Assembly: GCA_946535985.1 (NCBI GenBank)
Contig: CAMNDY010000005.1
Coordinates: 4,533 to 68,532, forward strand
Reading direction: 5' to 3'
DNA length: 64,000 nucleotides
Source: an uncultured Treponema sp.
GTDB taxonomy: Bacteria; Spirochaetota; Spirochaetia; Treponematales; Treponemataceae
Numbering within the stretch: the first letter of the stretch is position 1; each line of letters begins with the position of its first letter. This document shows, in pieces, positions 49,118 to 58,087 of the stretch. The position numbers were made by a program, and so were the translations under genes. Below the pieces are notes generated by a model. That model was not told the DNA's origin. It did not search any database and saw only the letters and a list, made by a program, of their open reading frames with translations.

Positions 49118-49459
49118 ATGAAACGTCTTTTATGGCTCGATGATTTCCGAAACCCAAAGAACTATCTTACTGGCGATTATGATATCGCTTGGGTAAAAAG
49201 CTATGAGGAATTTTGTAGTTATATTATTGCCAACGGTCTGCCAGATATTATCTGTTTTGATCACGATCTGGGGCAGGGAAAATCTGGATACGACTGCGCT
49301 AAGTTTGTAGTCTCCTACTGCCAAGCCCACAATCTTGATATACCGGAATTTGATATTCAAAGTTCAAATACAGTTGGCAAGGTGAATATCCGAAGCCTTT
49401 TGAATAACTGGCATAGGGTGTTTATTTCACAGGAGGAACATAATGGCAAATCCAATTGA
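49118..49459 (+). CDS. Receiver-like domain protein (cyclic-phosphate-processing receiver family)
   Basis: LWLDDFRNP, ICFDHDLG, SGYDCAKF and SSNTVG motifs. Confidence 0.78.
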   Translation: MKRLLWLDDFRNPKNYLTGDYDIAWVKSYEEFCSYIIANGLPDIICFDHDLGQGKSGYDCAKFVVSYCQAHNLDIPEFDIQSSNTVGKVNIRSLLNNWHRVFISQEEHNGKSN

Positions 49460-49580
49460 AAAAAAGCAAATGCTTTTGGATGCTCTTAAGAGTACATTCA
49501 CACAGCCCGAAGACATTGTAAAAAAATATATTAAAAATCTCGATGAACATGAAATTATAAAAGCATTCAGAGAATTTTAA
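49443..49580 (+). CDS. Small hypothetical protein or truncated gene, 45 aa
   Basis: GGAGG RBS; MANPIEKKQMLLDALKSTF...AFREF. Confidence 0.45.
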   Translation: MANPIEKKQMLLDALKSTFTQPEDIVKKYIKNLDEHEIIKAFREF

Positions 49581-49677
49581 ATACTGGGGAGCGAGCTGCA
49601 ATTAAACCACAACTTTAATGCGCTGCCATCCATATCACATTATAATCAAATAAAATTTCTCAAAAAAATCACAAGAA

Positions 49678-49709
49678 TATCACGAAATGATAGCGCAGCC
49701 AACTATATT
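49678..49709 (+). promoter_or_regulatory. Regulon site TATCA-N5-TGATAG-N10-TATATT
   Basis: Exact motif upstream of the AAA ATPase. Confidence 0.78.
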
Positions 49710-49736
49710 TATATGGGTAGAATGCGAGGTGAAATT

Positions 49737-51425
49737 ATGAAAGAACAGATGAAAGAAGAACAGAACGAACTTAAGAATCCTAAGAAAATCAGATGGAACA
49801 TTTCGATGGCTATGTCATGTGTTTTTGGGGCACTGTGGAAATCTAAACTCAAAATTAAAAAATCAAAGAAGTATGAAACAGCCATGGAACGCCTGAAGGA
49901 CCTTTATAAACTCACCCAAACTCAGGTCTGGATTTTGTGTCTTGTTTGCGAGCATTTTGTGGAATGTGATGACACTACTTCTCTTTCTGATATTTCAGAG
50001 GCGCTAAATGTTCCGGCAATGACTATTATGAGCTGGAAAAAAGATATAGAGAAAATGGCAGAAGACGGCTTTTTTGAATGGCGACGAAACCGCAAGGATG
50101 TTATACCGGTAACAGAGTTCAATGATTCTCTTTATTCTAATACCCAGTTCATTCCTCAAAAGAAAAAGGAAATGGACGAAATTGACTTCCTTAAATATTT
50201 TGCCGACCGTTATGAATCTCGCCGTGGAGAAGACATGAGCGAGCATATGATTTTCCGTGAGCTTATGGGCTATGAAAGAAGAAGCAGAAATCTTGAAATG
50301 ATAAAACGCGTAAAAGCCGAACTTGATGATGCCCATAATCGCTTCTTTCTTTATGATGTCGCAAGTGATGTTATAGATGGCGGGCTTTCAAATCTTAATG
50401 AAACCATCTCTGATCTCTACGATGGCGGAAGACGATACACAGTTGCAACCCAGATGATGGAAGAGACTCATGAACTTTTTAAGAAAGGACTCCTTGAATT
50501 TGAAACAAAGGGAAATCTTTCTGATGCCGCAGTCACTCTCACCGATAAAGCCAAAAAGCTCGTGTTTGGGGAGAAGGCTTTTTTGTTCGAAGAAAAAATC
50601 AACGAAAAAGACCTCATCAAAGTTGGCGACATCAAAGAAAAGCGCCTCTTTTACAGCCAGCAAAACCAGAAGGAAATTGACCGCCTCAAGAATGCCCTGC
50701 AGGAAGATAAGCTCAAGGGCATCCAGAAGCGCCTCAAGGAAGATGGGTTGCCTGTTGGTGTGGCTGTGCTTTTATATGGGGCACCCGGTACCGGCAAAAC
50801 TGAATCCGTAATGCAGATTGCCAAGGAAACCGGACGTGCCATTGTTCACGTTGATATCTCCGAAGCAAAATCAGCCTGGTTTGGCGAAAGCGAAAAGCGC
50901 ATCAAAAAGATTTTCACCAGCTACAAAAATGCTTGCGAAATTGCAAAAAAGAAGGGCGAACTCATGCCAATTTTGTTGTTCAACGAAGCCGACGCCCTCA
51001 TCTCAAAACGAAAGGACGCAAACTCCGGTAACTGCGCCCAGACAGAAAATGCAATCCAGAACATCATCCTCGAAGAACTTGAAAACCTTCAGGGTATTTT
51101 CATTGCCACTACAAACCTTGCAACCAACATGGATACCGCTTTTGAACGTCGCTTCCTTTTCAAAATCAAGTTTGAAAATCCGTCTGTGGAATCAAAAACT
51201 TCCATCTGGATGAACAAGCTCTCCTGGCTCAACAAAGATCAGGCCACACAGTTTGCAAAGGATTACGACTTTTCCGGCGGCCAGATAGACAACATCGTCC
51301 GCAAGGTCGCCATGAACGAAGTTATTACAGGCGAACGCCCTGCCATCTCCGAGATTCACGATATGTGTATGACCGAAAAAATCGAAAATCCGGACGGGGC
51401 CAGGAAGATGGGATTTTGTTTGTAG
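49737..51425 (+). CDS. AAA+ ATPase (single AAA module; paralog of 62093-63754)
   Basis: GAPGTGKT, LLFNEAD, MDTAFERRF; C-terminal KMGF. Confidence 0.9.
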   Translation: MKEQMKEEQNELKNPKKIRWNISMAMSCVFGALWKSKLKIKKSKKYETAMERLKDLYKLTQTQVWILCLVCEHFVECDDTTSLSDISEALNVPAMTIMSWKKDIEKMAEDGFFEWRRNRKDVIPVTEFNDSLYSNTQFIPQKKKEMDEIDFLKYFADRYESRRGEDMSEHMIFRELMGYERRSRNLEMIKRVKAELDDAHNRFFLYDVASDVIDGGLSNLNETISDLYDGGRRYTVATQMMEETHELFKKGLLEFETKGNLSDAAVTLTDKAKKLVFGEKAFLFEEKINEKDLIKVGDIKEKRLFYSQQNQKEIDRLKNALQEDKLKGIQKRLKEDGLPVGVAVLLYGAPGTGKTESVMQIAKETGRAIVHVDISEAKSAWFGESEKRIKKIFTSYKNACEIAKKKGELMPILLFNEADALISKRKDANSGNCAQTENAIQNIILEELENLQGIFIATTNLATNMDTAFERRFLFKIKFENPSVESKTSIWMNKLSWLNKDQATQFAKDYDFSGGQIDNIVRKVAMNEVITGERPAISEIHDMCMTEKIENPDGARKMGFCL

Positions 51426-51440
51426 GGGGAGGGGTGAAGT

Positions 51441-51524
51441 GCCAAAACGCCGAATGAAAAACGGCCAAAACGCCAGGTAAAAATACGCCAAATCGCCAAA
51501 TAAAAACTTGCCAAAACGCCAAAT
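51441..51524 (+). repeat. Four direct repeats GCCAAA(A/T)CGCC, period 23 nt
   Basis: Copies at 51441, 51464, 51487 and 51510, upstream of the DUF4143 ATPase. Confidence 0.85.
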
Positions 51525-51542
51525 GGAGTATAGAATATAATT

Positions 51543-52814
51543 ATGTATAGACCAAGACTTGCAGATAATATTCTAGCCCGTAAATTGAAAGGGAAGGGTG
51601 CTGTTCTCATTCAAGGCCCTAAATGGTGTGGTAAAACAACAACCGCAGAACAAATGGCAAAAAGTATTTTATATATGTCGAAGCCCGAGGATGTTAAAGC
51701 AAATCTTGTAGCTGCAGATATACAACCCTCAACACTTCTTGAAGGAAAAACTCCACGACTTATAGATGAATGGCAGATTGCTCCAAAGCTTTGGGATGCA
51801 GTTCGATTTGAAGTTGATCACAGAAACAAACAGGGACAATTTATTCTTACTGGTTCTGCAGTTCCTCCGGATAACGATGAGATATTTCATACCGGGACAG
51901 GCCGTTTTGCCTGGATAAAAATGCGTCCAATGACATTGTTTGAGTCTGGTGAATCAACGGGCGAAATCAGTTTAAAGGAATTGTTCAAGCAGCCAAAACA
52001 AATCCTTGCCCAAAACAAACTTGATGACTTAAGTAGACTTGCTTTTTTGATTTGTCGTGGTGGCTGGCCTGGCGCTCTTGATATGGAAGATGATATTGCT
52101 CTGGAACAGGCTTTTGATTATTTTGATGCCATTGTTAATTCAGATATATCAAGAGTCGATAATGTTCAGCGAGATTCAGAAAGAGCAAAGCGGCTTATGA
52201 AATCTTATGCACGTCATCAAGGAACTCAGACTGCAAACACAGTTATTAGAGATGATATACTTGCTAATGATGCCGAATCTCTTACCGAAGATACTGTTTA
52301 TGCATACACAACCGCCTTGCGAAAAATATTTGTAATAGAAGATATGCCCGCCTGGAATCCAAACCTCCGCTCTAAGACAGCAATCCGAACTTCCGATACC
52401 CGCTATTTTATTGACCCGTCAATTGCAACTGCAAGCTTAGGTCTTGGTCCTGAGGATCTTATAAAAGATTTAAACACAATGGGTTTATTTTTTGAAACCT
52501 TGTGTGTTCGTGACCTTAGAGTTTATGCTGAAAGTCTTGATGGTCAGGTGTATCATTATCGTGATAAATCAGGGCTCGAATGCGATACTGTAATTCATTT
52601 ACGAAACGGATCCTTTGGTTTAATTGAAATAAAACTTGGCGGCGACACCCTTATAGAAGAAGGTGCCCAAAATCTAAAAAAGTTCAGCACCAAAATCGAC
52701 ACCAAAAAAATGAAGGAACCGTCTTTCTTAATGGTTCTCACCGGAACTGGCAAGTTTGCATACCGCAGAGAAGATGGCGTTTATGTTGTGCCGGTGGGAT
52801 GTTTGAGAGATTAA
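51543..52814 (+). CDS. AAA_14 ATPase with DUF4143 domain
   Basis: GPKWCGKTT, IDEWQ, FILTGS, RGGWP and ECD...IEIKLG motifs. Confidence 0.9.
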   Translation: MYRPRLADNILARKLKGKGAVLIQGPKWCGKTTTAEQMAKSILYMSKPEDVKANLVAADIQPSTLLEGKTPRLIDEWQIAPKLWDAVRFEVDHRNKQGQFILTGSAVPPDNDEIFHTGTGRFAWIKMRPMTLFESGESTGEISLKELFKQPKQILAQNKLDDLSRLAFLICRGGWPGALDMEDDIALEQAFDYFDAIVNSDISRVDNVQRDSERAKRLMKSYARHQGTQTANTVIRDDILANDAESLTEDTVYAYTTALRKIFVIEDMPAWNPNLRSKTAIRTSDTRYFIDPSIATASLGLGPEDLIKDLNTMGLFFETLCVRDLRVYAESLDGQVYHYRDKSGLECDTVIHLRNGSFGLIEIKLGGDTLIEEGAQNLKKFSTKIDTKKMKEPSFLMVLTGTGKFAYRREDGVYVVPVGCLRD

Positions 52815-52818
52815 GCGA

Positions 52819-53527
52819 ATGATTTACATAACCGGCGACACGCACAACACAACAGACATGTCTAATCTTTCAAGCCGAACTATGAAACTCTGCTGCATGG
52901 AGCAAGGCGTTGGTTTTCATGATATTACATATGCAATTGTTCTAGGAGATTTTGGTCTGCCCTGGAGCTCTGATTGTGAAATTGATGAGCGCGGTATTCA
53001 TCCTGCCGATCATACAGACAGATATCTTCTCAAATGGTATAACCAGAAGCCTTTCAAGGTGCTGGCAGTTATGGGTAATCATGATAATTATTATGTAATC
53101 GAAAAGCTGCCGGAAACGCGGTGAGATTTATGAAATTGAAGGCAATCGCTTCCTTGTTCTAGGCGGTGCAATGAGTGAAGATAAGGCGTGGCGTGTCCCA
53201 CATGAATCCTGGTGGCCCCAGGAAGAGTGGAATGAAGAAGAGAAGACCTCTTGCCTGGAGAAGATTGCGGAGTGTGGTGGCAAGTTTGATTATGTACTGT
53301 CGCATACTGGACCTAGTAAAGGCATAGCAGAAACAGATGATTTTTTCAAAAATGAAAAGAACATGAAGGAACTATTGAAAGATTCAACTGTGGGGTTCAA
53401 TGATAAAGTTGATGAGATGATTGAATACAAGAAATGGTTCTTTGGGCACTGGCATAGTGATTGGGGATGGGAGAACTTTTCAGGAAGCAAATATGTAGCG
53501 TTGTATCATCAGGGGATGATGATTTAA
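52819..53527 (+). pseudogene. Metallophosphoesterase split by an internal deletion or frameshift
   Basis: GDTH, GDFG and GNHD in the first frame; the second frame resumes near 53115 as KRGEIYEIEG..LGGAMSED...SHT...FFGHWH. Confidence 0.78.
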
Positions 53528-53637
53528 TGCAAAAAAAATAAAAGTTAAAGGATATAAAAATACAAGTTCTTTCATTTTATTTTCTTTTTTTACCCTTCTT
53601 ATGATATAATTATATTATATTTTTGGAGGTCATAAAT

Positions 53638-53817
53638 ATGTTTGTTTTAGAAGATGCAACTATTGAAACATTAGAAAGATTAGTTCCCAATTATGAAACT
53701 GTGGAAATTCCAGATACAATAGAAATTGTTATGTGTGGAAGCGGTTGTATGGATTGTTCTGCAATGTGTGAAAATGATTGTTCAGATTCTTGTTCTGGTT
53801 GCAAGGAAGATTCTTAG
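53638..53817 (+). CDS. Cys-rich RiPP precursor candidate (59 aa, seven Cys)
   Basis: GGAGG RBS; acidic leader plus core CGSGCMDCSAMCENDCSDSCSGC; directly upstream of the radical SAM gene. Confidence 0.78.
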   Translation: MFVLEDATIETLERLVPNYETVEIPDTIEIVMCGSGCMDCSAMCENDCSDSCSGCKEDS

Positions 53818-53850
53818 GATTTGCTTTACTAAGTATTAAAAATCAGATTT

Positions 53851-54987
53851 ATGGGTTCAAATAAAAAACGTTTTCATCCAGTATTATGTGTAACACATAG
53901 GTGTAATTTAAATTGTCTTTATTGCTATCAGAAACATGATAATTCAGATATGTCTTTTGAAACTGCTAGAAAATGTATAGATTCGATTTTTAAGAATTCC
54001 CTAGAAAAATATGATGAGATAGAAATCGGTTTAATAGGAGGTGAACCCCTTCTGAGATTTGATCTAATACAAGAAATCTTTAATTATACACAGCAATATA
54101 ATAATATTTGTAATTATTATTTCTTTGCTACAACAAATGGAACTTTTTTGACTGATGATATGAAAGAATGGTTTCAAACAAGGAAGAATAAATTTGTTTT
54201 AGGATTAAGTCTTGATGGTACTCCAGAGACACATAATCATAATAGATCCAATTCTTTTTCTAAAATAGATATTAATTTTTTCACTAAAAACTGGCCATTT
54301 CAAGGTGTAAAAATGACTCTAACAGACTTTTCTCTTGAGAATCTGGCAGAGAATATAAAATATTTACATTCACAAGGTATCAAAAATATTACTGGGGCTA
54401 ATCTCTATGAAGGAGCATTTAATTGGAATCAAGAAAAATACATAGAATTATTAATTCCCCAATTAGAAGACTTAGTTCAATTTTATGTAGAAAATGATAA
54501 TCTTCCAATAGTCCAGATGTTAAACAAACATATAGATTCTTGTGAAAATACAAAGAAAATTAAACATAAATATTGTGGAATAGGAACTGGTACCATCTTT
54601 TATGATACTGATGGAACCAAATGTCCATGTGGTTTTTTTACTCCAATGACTTTTAATAAGGAAACATTAGAAGAAGTCAAGAAAATAGATTTCTCCATTG
54701 ATGATGATTTTGTAGATAATGATTGCTTTGAAAACTGTTATATTCAACCAATTTGTCCAAATTGTGCTGGGAATAATTATCTTACTTATCATTCTTTCAA
54801 TAAGAAAGATAAATCAAAATGTCGAATTCAGAAACTGATATCTCTTTATGCTTCAGATTTACTAATAAAACGAATGATTAAAAATCCTGAAAAGTATTCT
54901 GAGATACAAAAAATAAAAACTCTCAAAGCGGCTCGAAAAATTAAGGAATTATATCTTCCAGAATTTGATCAATACCGAAATAATTAA
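53851..54987 (+). CDS. Radical SAM/SPASM domain peptide maturase
   Basis: CNLNCLYC, GGEPLL and SLDG motifs; SPASM CGIG...CPC...CFENC...ICPNC...C. Confidence 0.9.
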   Translation: MGSNKKRFHPVLCVTHRCNLNCLYCYQKHDNSDMSFETARKCIDSIFKNSLEKYDEIEIGLIGGEPLLRFDLIQEIFNYTQQYNNICNYYFFATTNGTFLTDDMKEWFQTRKNKFVLGLSLDGTPETHNHNRSNSFSKIDINFFTKNWPFQGVKMTLTDFSLENLAENIKYLHSQGIKNITGANLYEGAFNWNQEKYIELLIPQLEDLVQFYVENDNLPIVQMLNKHIDSCENTKKIKHKYCGIGTGTIFYDTDGTKCPCGFFTPMTFNKETLEEVKKIDFSIDDDFVDNDCFENCYIQPICPNCAGNNYLTYHSFNKKDKSKCRIQKLISLYASDLLIKRMIKNPEKYSEIQKIKTLKAARKIKELYLPEFDQYRNN

Positions 54988-55016
54988 AACTCTTGAATAG
55001 TATTTGAGATCCTTCA

Positions 55017-56081
55017 TTACTTTCCCGTACGTTCGAGTTTATCAGCTTTATCAAGAAGACTGTAATCAACTTTGACTCTATACCCAGCCATTTTTGCCAT
55101 AACAGAGACATTGTATTTCCATCGTGTAACAAGCGATTCAGGTGCTAGAGGTTTTGCATAAGCCTTATTTTTGAAAACCCAATCAAGAACTCTCATATCC
55201 TGTGCAGATGAAAAAGTAACAACAGTTCTTTCATAGCCCTGCTCATCAACATCATCAATAAACTCTTGATCATCAGCCCAGTTTCCTAATTTGACATCTG
55301 GTACAGCATCTTCATAGAAAGCAATTTTGTATTTTCTTTCTGCATAGCGGGTAAATGCTCCAAAATGACTTTTCCCGGTATGGTTTTTGAATTCGTAATT
55401 TTCTGGTAATTTAAAAGGAATATTTGTATCAATAATGTCATACATATCATTAATATCATAAAGCCGAACTGCTTTCTTTTCACGAAGATATCCAAATAAT
55501 AGGCTTTTCCCTTCATCAATCAATAACTGATAGGGTTCAACATGCAAAGAACTTTTTTCTAAATCTGGATCCCAATGATTATTTTGATAACGAAATCTTA
55601 TAACATGATTCTTTGTAATTACATTACATATTTGGCTCCAGATTGTTGTATTAATTGGTCTTGTTGTATTTGTAGTTGGAGCTAAAGCTATTCTAGATAA
55701 AAGAGGAGAGTCTGCCTGAATCTTACAAACATTATTCAGAACCTTTTCTATCTCTTCATAAAAAGGTGTGTTATCAAAATATGTAAGTAAAAGTTTTGCG
55801 GCGGAAAGCATTTGTAAATTATTTGCAAGCATATCATCTACATAAGGGAATCTCCATGGGGCAGCATCTGGACTATAGAAATAACCTCCATAACGTCCCT
55901 CATACGTAAGAGGAGCACCCATGTTATATAATTCTTGGATGTCCTTATAAACCGTTCTTATACCACATTTTAATTCTTTGGCTATTTCGTCTGCTTTTGG
56001 TCGATTGTTATTTAGAATCATTTGATGAATCTTAAATAAACGTTGAATTTTATTTAATGAAGTTGTTGCATTTCCAAACAT
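55017..56081 (-). CDS. HTH-WYL-WCX transcriptional regulator
   Basis: wHTH IAKELKCGIRTVYKDI; WYL-region VEPYQL...RLY; WCX WV...PLAPESL. Confidence 0.88.
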   Translation of the reverse strand: MFGNATTSLNKIQRLFKIHQMILNNNRPKADEIAKELKCGIRTVYKDIQELYNMGAPLTYEGRYGGYFYSPDAAPWRFPYVDDMLANNLQMLSAAKLLLTYFDNTPFYEEIEKVLNNVCKIQADSPLLSRIALAPTTNTTRPINTTIWSQICNVITKNHVIRFRYQNNHWDPDLEKSSLHVEPYQLLIDEGKSLLFGYLREKKAVRLYDINDMYDIIDTNIPFKLPENYEFKNHTGKSHFGAFTRYAERKYKIAFYEDAVPDVKLGNWADDQEFIDDVDEQGYERTVVTFSSAQDMRVLDWVFKNKAYAKPLAPESLVTRWKYNVSVMAKMAGYRVKVDYSLLDKADKLERTGK

Positions 56082-56123
56082 ATCACACCATAAAATATTG
56101 GATTTTTTTTAAAATTTTTTTTT

Positions 56124-56160
56124 AGAACTGCACGTAGTATGCAGTTCTATATTATATACT
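56124..56160 (+). promoter_or_regulatory. Palindrome AGAACTGCA-N7-TGCAGTTCT followed by TATACT; candidate WYL operator
   Basis: Perfect 9-bp arms between the divergent WYL gene and the downstream operon. Confidence 0.7.
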
Positions 56161-56215
56161 CAAATCATACATTCGTAAATGTATGAATGTAAATATTTTT
56201 TTCAGGAGGCTGTTT

Positions 56216-56398
56216 ATGAAGAAACAGTTTAGAAAGGTCGGTATTAGTTTTAAGTATCGAAATAAGAATTCAGATTTCGATGGGCTTGAGTTAAACATTA
56301 ATTTTGATGGTAGTACATTGGAAGATGATAATACTAGTAATCAACAATTATCTTACGATGAACCAGATTTAATCGAGGAGGATACAAATGATGAGTAA
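56216..56398 (+). CDS. Small protein with an acidic C-terminus
   Basis: AGGAGG RBS; overlaps the start of the next gene. Confidence 0.6.
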   Translation: MKKQFRKVGISFKYRNKNSDFDGLELNINFDGSTLEDDNTSNQQLSYDEPDLIEEDTNDE

Positions 56399-57131
56399 AA
56401 TCAACAAGGAATTCGACCGCATAGAGATGTACCAGAAAATCAAATACCCAATGTTGAGAGGCTGTATTGAAGATGGAGTTCTTATTCCGGAAGCTTATGA
56501 AAAATCTCCATTAAAGATGATGGTAATCTTAAAAGAACCATTTGATGCATGGGATGAAGAAACACAATCGCCAATTGGAGGAGATTTTTGTTTTGCAGAT
56601 ATTATACGTAATCTTGAAGATGAATATAAAAAGGGTTTGAATAAAACCTGGCTTAAGGTTGCAGCAATGGCTTATGCAATAAAGCATGGGATTCCTTATT
56701 CTGAGAATCTAACTTTAGAAATGGTTAGGGAAGGGCTATCTTGCATCTGCTGGATAAATCTCAGTAAGACTCCATGGAAAACCCAATCGGATGTTAAAGA
56801 TAAAAACTATCTTTCTCGAGTAAAAGATTGGGAACCTGTTGTAAAGGAGCAGTTAAAATCTATTGATTATAATCTAATCCTTTATGGATATACCTGGGAT
56901 TGTTCCTTATTAAATCCGATTGAACCTGATAAATGCTGGGATTATACCAAAGTTCACGATAAACAAGATTATACTTATTGTTCTGAATCTGGAAAAAAAT
57001 ATGGTATTCAAATCTTCAGGTATCAGGGTTCAAATAAAATTATCGTAAATGGTTATCACCCAGAATTGGGTAATAGTGCTGGTTGGCAAACTGATTTTAT
57101 TCAGAACTATATAAATATGTATGGATTATAA
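56388..57131 (+). CDS. Hypothetical protein, possibly uracil-DNA glycosylase superfamily fold
   Basis: KMMVILKEP, CWINLSK and GYHP resemble UDG-like motif A, Asn and motif B. Confidence 0.5.
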   Translation: MMSKINKEFDRIEMYQKIKYPMLRGCIEDGVLIPEAYEKSPLKMMVILKEPFDAWDEETQSPIGGDFCFADIIRNLEDEYKKGLNKTWLKVAAMAYAIKHGIPYSENLTLEMVREGLSCICWINLSKTPWKTQSDVKDKNYLSRVKDWEPVVKEQLKSIDYNLILYGYTWDCSLLNPIEPDKCWDYTKVHDKQDYTYCSESGKKYGIQIFRYQGSNKIIVNGYHPELGNSAGWQTDFIQNYINMYGL

Positions 57132-57161
57132 ATAAGCCATTTCGATAGATAGGAGATTATT

Positions 57162-57359
57162 ATGTCAAACGAAAATTCTGGAATTTTAATTGTATTAGGT
57201 GCTATAGGAATTGCTGCTTTTGGCGCAATTGGAGCTGCTCTTTTTATGAACACAGAAACTGGAAGAAAGACAGATGCTAATCTATCAAATGCTTATAAGA
57301 CTGTGAAAGAGAGTTTACCACAAACTAAAAGCTGTAAGAATGAACTCAGTACAAAGTGA
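57162..57359 (+). CDS. Small single-TM membrane protein
   Basis: AGGAG RBS; hydrophobic N-terminal helix. Confidence 0.6.
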   Translation: MSNENSGILIVLGAIGIAAFGAIGAALFMNTETGRKTDANLSNAYKTVKESLPQTKSCKNELSTK

Positions 57360-57362
57360 ATG

Positions 57363-57391
57363 AATTCTGGGGAAAAGTTTTTCCCCAGAAT
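57363..57391 (+). terminator. Stem-loop (probable terminator)
   Basis: Inverted repeat ATTCTGGGGAAAA...TTTTCCCCAGAAT right after the stop codon. Confidence 0.65.
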
Positions 57392-57423
57392 TATCACAGA
57401 ATGATAGTATCCATGATTATCAT
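57392..57423 (+). promoter_or_regulatory. Regulon site TATCA-N5-TGATAG-N10-TATCAT
   Basis: Motif upstream of the gene at 57455. Confidence 0.72.
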
Positions 57424-57454
57424 AAAACAAGACAATTAATTAGGAGACAATCAT

Positions 57455-57670
57455 ATGTCAAAAAAAAGAAAAACCGAAGTTATTTTCATCAGAACAACAT
57501 TCATGATTCTTTTGACTCTTATGGGTTTTATGGTTGGATTTGCAGTTGGCCGGACAATAAGTTCGGTTGAAGCGAATGGAAAAACTGTTGTTCCGCAAAT
57601 ACGAATTGTTCCAAAAGAATCGCAGAAAAGACAGAAACAATATGCAAGCTTTCTTCTAAACGAGCTATAA
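57455..57670 (+). CDS. Small single-TM membrane protein
   Basis: AGGAG RBS; basic N-terminus followed by a TM helix. Confidence 0.6.
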   Translation: MSKKRKTEVIFIRTTFMILLTLMGFMVGFAVGRTISSVEANGKTVVPQIRIVPKESQKRQKQYASFLLNEL

Positions 57671-57693
57671 ATCTGCAAACCAGAGGTATAATC

Positions 57694-58035
57694 ATGTGTG
57701 TTTCATCAGTAAGTATGTTTGGCGGAGGGGGTATTGATCCCATCCTTGCCCAGCGATATGCAGTTCTTAATGAACAGCTCAGACGTAAGCGAATTGAAAA
57801 ACAGAGAGGTGTTGATCCCCTAATAGGTGCTGACCATCCAAGAGTCGAGACTGTTGAACAGCCCGCGATGTCTCTGGAAGAGCTTCGTAAAATGTATGCA
57901 AATCCAATTCTGCAGCAGATTCCTATTCATGTTGCTTACAAGATTCTACAGCAGCTTTGTGATTCGGATGAGTCCTGGTATTTTCCTTATCGGCCGGTGG
58001 GGTGGTGGAGGGATAAGTCTAAGCTTTATGAATAA
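57694..58035 (+). CDS. Hypothetical protein
   Basis: GAGGT RBS; 113-aa ORF. Confidence 0.55.
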   Translation: MCVSSVSMFGGGGIDPILAQRYAVLNEQLRRKRIEKQRGVDPLIGADHPRVETVEQPAMSLEELRKMYANPILQQIPIHVAYKILQQLCDSDESWYFPYRPVGWWRDKSKLYE

Positions 58036-58087
58036 TAATCCAGCCGCAACGCCAAATATGAAAGTGCCAAAACGCCAAATGTTAACT

